Part shown: positions 8,565-16,900 of the stretch, in pieces | Layout of the letters: every line of letters starts with the position of its first letter | How positions within the stretch are numbered: position 1 is the first letter of the stretch | Assembly: GCA_041736175.1 (NCBI GenBank) | Contig: JBGSUI010000034.1 | Coordinates: 1 to 26,156 of the forward strand | Reading direction: 5' to 3' | Origin: Oligoflexales bacterium | Lineage (GTDB): Bacteria > Bdellovibrionota_B > Oligoflexia > Oligoflexales > CAIYRB01 | DNA length: 26,156 bases | Translations under genes and position numbers: made by a program | Notes under the pieces: generated by a model | Seen by the model: only the letters and a program-made list of their open reading frames with translations | The model's database searches: none | Told to the model about the DNA's origin: nothing

Positions 8565-9779
8565 GTGATGCTTTCAGAGTCTTTTGACACCAATCGAGCC
8601 CCACCGAACCACAGACCGTCGTCGTTGGTGGATGTTTATAAAAAACTTCCCCTTAAGATCGTCACCGGTGAGGGAGTCTGGCTCACCGATGAAAGAGGCC
8701 AGCGGTACCTGGATATGTATGCGGGGCATGCGGTGGCGGCCACGGGACATGGACACCCCCAGCTCGTAGCGGCTCTTAAAGGACAGCTTGACCGTTTGAT
8801 TTTTTATTCTAATTTTGTATCCCTCGAGCATCAGGAAGAAGCAGCCCATCTATTGGCTGCGGAGCTGCCGAGCCCCCTAAAAAAAGTATTTTTTATCAAC
8901 TCAGGGACCGAGGCCGTCGAAAACGCTCTCAAAGTAGCTCGCAAGGCCACGGGAAAAAAAGGCGTGATCGCCTTTGCTGGAGGGTTTCACGGACGAACCC
9001 TCGGCGCCCTGGCTGCGACGGGGATCGATAAATACCGAAAGGGCCAAGGGACCGCGGTGGAGGGCCATTTTTTTGTGCCTTGGGGAGATACCTCTGCCGT
9101 GGAAAGCCTTGTGACCCAAGGTGAGATCGCCGCGGTGATCGTCGAGCCCGTGCAAAGTCTGGCGGGCGTGCGGGTAGCGGATCTCGCTTTTTTGCAGGAC
9201 CTGCGCCGGATCTGTTCCCAGCAGGGAGTTCTCTTGATTTTTGACGAACTGCAAACCGGCGGCGGCCGCTCAGGGGGAACCTATACCTTTGCCCCCCGGG
9301 GCGGAGTCGTCCCGGATCTCTTGACTCTTGGCAAGGGGATTGCTAGCGGGATTCCCATGGCGGTCTGCGCCATGAGCGTGGACCTCGCAGCAGGGCTAAA
9401 CTTGGGAGATTTAGGGACCACCTTTGGGGGAGGCCCACTGGCCTGTCTTGCCCTTAAGACGACCCTTGAAATCCTTAGGGACGAAGACCTAATGGGCGAG
9501 GTGGAAACCCGCCACAGGGAGTTTTGCGCCCTAATGGCTCCTTGGATGCCTGGGGTGGTGCAGGAGGTGAGGGGGGTTGGACTGCTCCTCGGGCTTAAGA
9601 CTATTTTCCCAGCTGTGCAACTCCAGAACGCGCTGCTTAAAGAAGGCGTCTTAACCGGGACCAGCGAGGACCCATCGGTCCTGCGGCTTATGCCGCCCCT
9701 CACCATTCAAAAATCCCATCTCCAACTTTTTGCCCATGCTTTTGAATCTGCGCTTAAGAAAGTGACCCCCGTTTTATGA
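8565..9779 (+). CDS. argD: Acetyl/succinyl-ornithine aminotransferase (class III PLP)
   Basis: YLD...G.AV...GH.HP, NSGTEAVE.A.K, FHGRT, LIFDELQTG, LGKG, TTFGGGP and LRLMPPL, plus operon context. The start may be the ATG at 8568. Confidence 0.92.
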   Translation: MMLSESFDTNRAPPNHRPSSLVDVYKKLPLKIVTGEGVWLTDERGQRYLDMYAGHAVAATGHGHPQLVAALKGQLDRLIFYSNFVSLEHQEEAAHLLAAELPSPLKKVFFINSGTEAVENALKVARKATGKKGVIAFAGGFHGRTLGALAATGIDKYRKGQGTAVEGHFFVPWGDTSAVESLVTQGEIAAVIVEPVQSLAGVRVADLAFLQDLRRICSQQGVLLIFDELQTGGGRSGGTYTFAPRGGVVPDLLTLGKGIASGIPMAVCAMSVDLAAGLNLGDLGTTFGGGPLACLALKTTLEILRDEDLMGEVETRHREFCALMAPWMPGVVQEVRGVGLLLGLKTIFPAVQLQNALLKEGVLTGTSEDPSVLRLMPPLTIQKSHLQLFAHAFESALKKVTPVL

Positions 9780-10834
9780 CACCCTCTTTTGCAGATAAAC
9801 CTAAACCTGTAGCGAGCCTTAAAGGCCGATCTTTTTTATCGACTGAAGACCTGTCTCATGGAGAATGGCAGGGCCTGTTGTCCCTTGCAAAGGCTGCGAA
9901 AACCCAGGGACCCGCATCCCTAGGTCAACCCATGCTCCATAAGACCGTCGCTTTGGTGTTTTTTAATCCCTCCCTGAGGACGCGGGTGTCTATGACTGTG
10001 GCCATCTCCCAGCTCGGCGGGCAGTCGATCCCTCTTGAGATCGGCGCGGGGAGCTGGGATCTGGAACACCTTACGGGCGTGGTGATGGATGGTGCCAAAT
10101 CAGAGCATATCAAAGAGGCCGTGCCGGTTCTGAGCCAATACGTGGATGCCATCGCGGTACGGTGTTTTCCTAAACAAAAGGATTTTGCTGTAGACCAACA
10201 GGACGAGATCCTCCAGGCCTTCCGGCAGTATGCGACGGTGCCGGTGATCAACCTGGAATCAGCCTTTTGGCATCCCTGCCAAGCTCTCGCCGACATGCTG
10301 ACCATTGAGGAGTGTCGAGGGGGCTTTAAAAAGCGCAAGGTGGTCTTAACCTGGGCCAACCATCCCAAAACCCTACCCCACGCCGTGCCTAATTCTTTTG
10401 CCCTAGCGGCCTGCCAGATGGGCTGTGATTTTTGGCTGGTGGCCCCCGAAGGATACCACTTGGACGAGTCCGTTGTGGAAAAATGCCGCCGCTACGTAAA
10501 GGAGCAGGGCGGGGAGCCGAAAGGTGAGTTGGTCCTGACCCACGACCGAGAGGCAGCTTACGAAGGGGCCGATATTATCTATGCTAAGAGCTGGGCCAGC
10601 CGGGAGCACTATGGTCGTCCCGAGGGAGAAAACCGCCAGGGTCTACGGGACTGGATCGTCACTCCTGAGTGGATGGCCAAGACAAACAAAGCGCAGTTTA
10701 TGCATTGCCTACCCGTGCGGCGAGGAGTGGTCGTGGCGGACGCGGTGCTTGATAGCGAACGGAGCATCGTGATCCCCCAGGCAGCAAACCGCCTGTTTAT
10801 GCAAAAAGCTCTTTTAGCGAGTATCTTTTCCTGA
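9776..10834 (+). CDS. argF': N-acylornithine carbamoyltransferase (AOTCase/SOTCase family)
   Basis: FFNPSLRTR, W.LE...GVVMDG..SEH, HPCQ, LTW..HPK.LP.AVPNS and FMHCLPVRRG are features of the N-acetyl/N-succinyl-ornithine family rather than canonical OTCase. Confidence 0.93.
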   Translation: MTPSFADKPKPVASLKGRSFLSTEDLSHGEWQGLLSLAKAAKTQGPASLGQPMLHKTVALVFFNPSLRTRVSMTVAISQLGGQSIPLEIGAGSWDLEHLTGVVMDGAKSEHIKEAVPVLSQYVDAIAVRCFPKQKDFAVDQQDEILQAFRQYATVPVINLESAFWHPCQALADMLTIEECRGGFKKRKVVLTWANHPKTLPHAVPNSFALAACQMGCDFWLVAPEGYHLDESVVEKCRRYVKEQGGEPKGELVLTHDREAAYEGADIIYAKSWASREHYGRPEGENRQGLRDWIVTPEWMAKTNKAQFMHCLPVRRGVVVADAVLDSERSIVIPQAANRLFMQKALLASIFS

Positions 10835-11637
10835 TGAGCCAAGAGACTTCAAAAGCCAGGCGTCGAATTCTGGTTAAACTGGGCGGTGAAGGTGCCGAAG
10901 ACCGCGGGGTCATGGAAAAGCTTTCCCGGCAAATCAAAATCTGGCACCGCGGGGGCTACCAGGTGATGATCGTCCACGGGGGCGGCAAGAGCCTGACGGA
11001 ATGGGCCACCCGGTGTGGCGTCGCCTCCCGTTTTGTGGAGGGGCGGCGGGTGACGGACGACTCATTGATCGATCTGGCCCAGATGGTCTTTGTGGGTCGG
11101 GTGGGAACCCGCATGATGTCTTGGTTGCAGTCCTCTGGGGTCCCCTCTGTGGCAGTATCGGGGGTCACGGGGGGTCTGATTCTAGCCGCCAAGCGTCCGC
11201 CCCAGGACACTGTTGACTACGGCTGGGTCGGGGATATCTACGAGGTCAACCCCCAGATCTTGGAAACCCTTTGGGGAGGTGGGTATGTCCCCTTGGTGGC
11301 CAGCCTGGGGGGTGACAATCAAGGAAACGTTTACAATATAAACGCAGATACGATTGCCTGTCGGCTTGCACAGGCTCTCAGGGTCGACGAACTGCTCTTT
11401 TTAACCAAGCTCCCCGGAGTCCTTGAAAGCCTCGATGACTTGGCTTCGACCGTGGGTCATATAGAAATTTCCCGCGTGGGTGAGATGACCCGACAGGGAC
11501 AGATTTCTGCAGGGATGCTGCCTAAACTCGCGGCCATTGAGGGAGCCCTTAAGGGCGGGGTGGCTCGTGTTGAGATGCGGAGCTGGGATGACCTAGGGGA
11601 TCCTAGGGAAGGGCGCAGGACTCGGTTGACCCTTTAG
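10834..11637 (+). CDS. argB: Acetylglutamate kinase
   Basis: VKLGG, VHGGG, F..G.RVTD, G.VG.I, NINAD..A and GMLPKL. Confidence 0.95.
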   Translation: MSQETSKARRRILVKLGGEGAEDRGVMEKLSRQIKIWHRGGYQVMIVHGGGKSLTEWATRCGVASRFVEGRRVTDDSLIDLAQMVFVGRVGTRMMSWLQSSGVPSVAVSGVTGGLILAAKRPPQDTVDYGWVGDIYEVNPQILETLWGGGYVPLVASLGGDNQGNVYNINADTIACRLAQALRVDELLFLTKLPGVLESLDDLASTVGHIEISRVGEMTRQGQISAGMLPKLAAIEGALKGGVARVEMRSWDDLGDPREGRRTRLTL

Positions 11638-11786
11638 TTTATGTGGGTCGTATCGTAACCTGAGAAAAAAGGAAGAATCTTCTACCGATCATCTACGTCC
11701 CTGACCTATTGATCTGCCGGATGAGGTCTTTTTTATTTACATAAATTTGTCCATCTTGTTATGCTATCACAACGAGCTTACCCAAA

Positions 11787-11813
11787 CAAAGTCAAAAAGC
11801 GTTTTCCCGATGA
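11787..11813 (+). promoter_or_regulatory. Possible sigma-28-like promoter
   Basis: CAAA-N15-CCCGATGA, 67 nt upstream of the 11881 ATG. Confidence 0.3.
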
Positions 11814-11880
11814 TGGGCCAAAATGCAGCCAGGGTCTTGGGATCGTTTCGGGCGTGGGCGCACTATAAAGGGGCTAATGG

Positions 11881-12549
11881 ATGAAAACTGGTGTGAAAGT
11901 AGGAGTGATTGGGTCGGGAGAGGTGGCAAGGGCTCTCACCTTGGGGTTTGCAGCAACTGGTCATCCCGTGATGCTGTCCAATCGGGAAAAGCCGAGTGAC
12001 GAACTCGTCCTATGGACTAAAGCCCAGGGAGATCTCGTCCAAGGAGGGTCCTTTAGCGAAGCAGCCCGCTTTGGGGAGACCATCGTGATTGCAACTTTGG
12101 GGCTGGCGACGGAGCAGGCCATCAAAAAGGCGGGCCTGGATCATTTTACGGATAAAGTCGTCATGGATGCCACCAACCCCTTGGATTTTAGCAAAGGTTT
12201 CCCGCCGCTCCTGGCGGGACAGGTGGGGGACTCCGGCGGCGAGCGGATCCAGCGACTCCTTACCAAGTCGCAGGTGGTCAAGGTCTTCAACACTGTTGGA
12301 AACAAAGTGATGTTTAAACCTCGGTTTGAAGGGGGGCGCCCCGATATGTTTATCTGCGGCGACGATAGCGCTGCTAAACGCCATTGCACCCATATTTTAG
12401 ATTCCTTTGGGTGGAATGCGGTCGATGTCGGAGGAATCAACTCATGCCATTATCTGGAGGCAATGGCGATGATTTGGATTCTTTCTGCCACCTTTGCCCA
12501 GCCACAAAGATGGGACCAAGCCTTTAAGATGCTGAAACATACAGGTTAA
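11881..12549 (+). CDS. NADP-dependent oxidoreductase, F420-dependent reductase-like (F420_oxidored family)
   Basis: Rossmann GVIGSG, D.TNP, SGGE, VVK.FNT, CGDD..AK and DVG......LE. Confidence 0.88.
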   Translation: MKTGVKVGVIGSGEVARALTLGFAATGHPVMLSNREKPSDELVLWTKAQGDLVQGGSFSEAARFGETIVIATLGLATEQAIKKAGLDHFTDKVVMDATNPLDFSKGFPPLLAGQVGDSGGERIQRLLTKSQVVKVFNTVGNKVMFKPRFEGGRPDMFICGDDSAAKRHCTHILDSFGWNAVDVGGINSCHYLEAMAMIWILSATFAQPQRWDQAFKMLKHTG

Positions 12550-12621
12550 ATGGCTTTATGAGGGGGCCTCACCCGGTGTGGTGGGGCAGCTCCAGGGCCG
12601 AAAAAAAGCTTGCAAACTCAG

Positions 12622-12688
12622 AAAATAGGATTATCATTCAAAAATGAATGAATGATCATTCTATTTTATGTTGCTAAAATGATTATAA
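12622..12688. promoter_or_regulatory. Inverted-repeat operator region and Fur/PerR-like box upstream of the catalase-fold gene
   Basis: 19-nt arms at 12622-12640 and 12649-12667 are inverted complements at 17/19 positions. 12674-12688 CTAAAAT-G-ATTATAA matches the Per box TTATAAT-N-ATTATAA at 12/14. TTGCAA-N16-TATCAT overlaps arm 1. Confidence 0.45.
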
Positions 12689-12719
12689 ACTTATCTCACC
12701 AGCTCGTTTAGGAGGAGTT

Positions 12720-13685
12720 ATGCGTATTTTAAGCAAGGCTTTTATTTTAACCTTGGGAATTCCCTCTGGTTTGGCTCTATCCCAGGCCGAATACAAGGGC
12801 TCCCGGTTTGCAGACACTTGGTCCACAGTCTTAGAAGGTCCCTACCAGACGTTACCCCAAGAAAAAGTCACGGCGAGGAGTTTTTTTTCGGGGACGGTCA
12901 ACAAGCTCTTCCAGGCGTCAGAGCGGACTCTGGCCACGGGAGATGACACGTTGCCCTATTTTCAAAAGCTGCTGCACCCTAACGGCGTCTGTATGGCGGG
13001 GACCTGGAACATCACTGAGCCCTCTCACTATACGGGATACTTTAAACAGGGATCCCAAGGACTCATCATCGCGCGGGCCTCGGCTGCGCTCTCCCAGGTG
13101 AATCGTGGAGAAAAAAGATCCTTTGGATTTGCTGGAAAGATCTACCCGACGACGGATCCTGGACACCAGGAGCTGCTAAAAACCGCTAACTTTTTTGCCA
13201 TCGACAATCTCGCTGGGACCTACACCGAAAACTATCTTGACTCACCCATGACCAACGACATCACAAACGTGGCCCTTGGGGTAGAAAACCTGACCCAGCT
13301 CGGAATCCTCGGTGTGGCAGGCAGTACCTTTGCTGTGGCCGAAAAAACCCTCGCTAAGATTTTAACCGTGAGACAGCTCTACCAGATTGCGGAGCTGGGC
13401 GAAGAAAACCCCGAGGCAGCCATCACACCCCTGTGGCTTAAGGTGGTTGGTCGTCCAGGGGTGCGGACGGTAAACCAAGACTTTCGAGACGACGTGCGGA
13501 CAGCCGTGCAGGCTGGCACCCTTTATTTTGACATTTATGTCACCTCAAAGGGCATCCTCGGTTTTGACAAAGGATGGGAGAAAATTGGTTACATAGCTAT
13601 CGACCAAGAGTCAGCCTCCGAAGGCTGCGATCACCGGCTTCACTTCCAGCATCCAGGCTGGCGGAATGATCTGCGTACGGAGTGA
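12720..13685 (+). CDS. Secreted catalase-related (heme catalase-like fold) protein
   Basis: AGGAGG RBS and signal peptide. KLLHPNG.C..G.W.I, YTGYF, IARAS and GFAGK parallel the H.KG / R.S / G.A.K elements of the catalase barrel. Confidence 0.6.
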   Translation: MRILSKAFILTLGIPSGLALSQAEYKGSRFADTWSTVLEGPYQTLPQEKVTARSFFSGTVNKLFQASERTLATGDDTLPYFQKLLHPNGVCMAGTWNITEPSHYTGYFKQGSQGLIIARASAALSQVNRGEKRSFGFAGKIYPTTDPGHQELLKTANFFAIDNLAGTYTENYLDSPMTNDITNVALGVENLTQLGILGVAGSTFAVAEKTLAKILTVRQLYQIAELGEENPEAAITPLWLKVVGRPGVRTVNQDFRDDVRTAVQAGTLYFDIYVTSKGILGFDKGWEKIGYIAIDQESASEGCDHRLHFQHPGWRNDLRTE

Positions 13686-13900
13686 GTTCGTGGGAGCCCC
13701 AAACAGTAGGGATCATGCTGTTTTAAGTTTAAGTTTAAATTGAAGCATCTATAGCCAATTTTAACCAGTTGGCTAACAAGCTGTAATTAAAGTATGTAAT
13801 AACTTTTACTCATGGAATTCTCAAAACCTCCGAGGATAGCTGTAGAGTTTGAACCGATCATCTTGAGCTAAAGTCAGAGGAAAGAAAAAGGGGAATTTCA

Positions 13901-16900
13901 ATGAACACGATTCAACTAAAGTCCAAATCAGATAGCCAAAAAAATTCTATTTATCAATTGATTTTAATTGGTTTATCCATCGCGGGGCTTACATCATGCC
14001 TTAAGAGCCCTTTTCAAAATTCCCAGGGAAATTTTAGCTACCGTGGGGTCAACCAGAATCTAGGTCCCCAACCGGCTGCTACCGTCTCCCAGACGAGCGG
14101 ATCAGCAGGAACTGTCGCTCTGTCGATCGGGACCCAGATGATTGCCCGCCTCGAAACTGACCTTAAGGCCGGTGGCCTCAGTCCAGACCAAGCGTCCGTC
14201 GTCGCCGCCCAAGCCAGGGGCGAGATGCAGGTGGAAGCTGGCAAGGTGGTGATCTCCACCTTAAGGGAAACAGCCCTTTGGCTAGAACTCAATACGGGAC
14301 TGAGTCTCCTCCAGGAGACCACCGACCTGATGGGCAAAATGTCTGGAGCGGTTGCACGGGGTGCCGTCAAGTCCCTAGCCAGCGATTCTCTCAAGGATCT
14401 ACCGGCTTCGTTTAAACAAAATGCAGTTGGCTTGATGGCCTCTTCGGTGATGGGCTCTATGACTGTGTCGCCCCAGAAACTCTCTGATAATGGAATAGGG
14501 TCGGTCGCTGGCACCCTCATGGAAGCATTGATCACCAGCCTCCCGGATGCTGGGTTTAGCGGCGATATGCTCCTAAGTGGGATGTCTAAGGTTATGGAAA
14601 AAGCCGTTGGTGCGCTGGATGAAGCGGGCCTTTCGGCAGGTTCCACAGGGGCGACGGTGACCTCGATGACCCAGACGACTTTAACAAAGGCGACCGAGAT
14701 GACCAAGGGGTCATCCATTGCAGGCAGTGCCATCGGTTTTATCGCATCAGCGGCGATCAGCGGTCTCTCTTCTACGGGGGTTTCGGCTGCTGATTCTATG
14801 TCGGCTGTGGAAACCGTAACCAAAGCCTCGGTCAAATCCGCTGTGGGTCTCGATAGCTCGGTGGATCTTGCTAAGTCCATCGAAACCCTTACCAATATGA
14901 CCACGAAAGCGATGGCCAGTGTCACCCTAGGGACAAATGTGGTCGCTGGTCTTGAGCGCCTCGTGACAGCAGCGACCCAAGCAGTCGCTGAAGCGACCAC
15001 CAAAACCTCCGGAGATTTGTTTGCAAAGATGACAGCAGGGATCGTCTCGGGCTCCGTGTCGGCGGTGGATTCCGTCGCCGAGAAAAGCGGTAAGGGAGCG
15101 GCAAGTTTGGTCCAGACCATGGTTAACACCACCGCATCGACAGCAGCCCAGGCGGCTCCAGCATCCATGGTTGTCAACATGCTCTCCCAAGTGACGACTT
15201 CGGCGATTAAGGCTCTAAACAATTCGAGTTTAGCCAGTAACAACTCTTTTAAGACCGAGGCCGTAAGCGGCGTCATCCAAGGGTCCGTCTCTGCCCTTTC
15301 TAAAGTCTCAAGCCAGGACAGCAGCATGTCGTCAGCAGGGATCCAGGGGATCTCTAAGGCCGGTACTGCAGCAGCTGCGACCGTAACCTCCAATGCAGCG
15401 GATCTTTCCGCACTTACCAACCAAATCATGACCACGGGGATCGCCACCATGAATACCACCATGGCTGGCGGTGATACCACTAAACTGGTCAGCCTTGCCT
15501 CCGATATGGCCCGCGGCGCAGCTTCGGGCATGGCGTCTAGTAGCGGTGAGGATATGTCAAGACGAGTCAACGAATTGGCTGCCACAGCGGTCACTGCCAT
15601 GAACACGATCACCACGGGCACAGGAACTGCTTCTTCCGTGCTTACTAGTTTTGCCAGTAGCATGGCTGGAGCGATTTCCGCCGGGCTTGCTGTGGGTGGG
15701 CAAAGCTCAGCTGATATCACGGCACTGAACGCATCCCTATCGACTTCCATTATTAATTCTGTCGTCGTCTTTTCTCCAGGGATCGATACAACTGCATTAA
15801 AGACACAGGTTGATTCCCAGGCCAAGGCGGGTGCTGACCTGGCAGGGACCCTGGCCCAAGGTGGGGTGCAAAATTGCAACGATGTCTTTAATGATAATCT
15901 TAACGATGGTGATTTCACCACAAGACTTAATGGCAAACTAACCGGTGTTTTTTGTAAAATTGATGTCGCTGTGACGCCATGTCCAAAACCTCGCAGACTC
16001 GACCAGGGGGACTATTTTTGGGCTTGGACTCCACCCGACCTATGTGAATTAAGGGCCGTACCCTTAGCTTCTAACACTGCCACTACTATGTCAGCTGCCA
16101 CGGGGGTTTCGACGGCGACGGGGACCACGCCTTTGCCACCTTTGCCTGGTATGCCTCCCATACCTCCCCCAATGGACCCTGGTATGTACGGCACGGGGAC
16201 GATGGTTGGGACGGGCATCGGGACAGGTTTTGGAACGGGCACCGGGACAGGGATCATGGCGGGCTTTGACCTCGGACCCACCGATGCCCATCCCAAAGAT
16301 GCGGGAGAGGCTTTTCCAGACAACGTCAAAGGTTTCTACAGCGAGGCCCACCATACACACTGGATAATGGTTCCAATGTCTGGGGGAGTCTCGTTTAAAT
16401 GGTCGGTGGATAACCAAACGTGGACGGAAGGAGCGACCCTGCCGATTGCCGGCCATAAGGAGGTTGCCCTTGATTATTACACCAGTCCCCTGGGCACCCA
16501 AATCGTCCTTGCGGTGGTTGTCAGTGGCAAAATCGATATTTACCAAGGCACCGTCAACTCAGCCTCAATCGATATTACGGGACCCGTTGGCACTTTGAGC
16601 GGGCCCTACTCTAAACCCACGGTTGCGGTCACCCCTTCTATGGTGTGGGTTGGGGGAGTCAGAGAGACAGGCAGTACCTACCAGGCAGAGGTTAAATATG
16701 CGACTTTCCCAGCGAACCCGACCCTAAGTTTTGCAGCACATATCCCGGTTGGGCCAGTCCAAAAACAAATCCATAGCGTCGAGCTTTTAGGACATCCTAA
16801 TGGCGATGCCTCCCTTGTGATCAACGGGGACGAGTTGACGGTCCATAAAAACGTTGCTGGTGCTTGGTCAGAGCAAAATGATAGCAACCCTGAAAAATTT

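Noticed and set aside
11703..11738. Terminator after argB
   Set aside because: Only a 5-bp GACCT/AGGTC stem with a large loop precedes the T run, which is too weak to call.
14038..15936. 632-aa antisense ORF
   Set aside because: It is the codon-aligned shadow of the Ala/Ser/Thr-rich lipoprotein region and has no independent motifs.
16190..16260. Short GGCACG/GGGACG-type repeats
   Set aside because: They encode the Gly-Thr linker and are not a CRISPR array or a VNTR.
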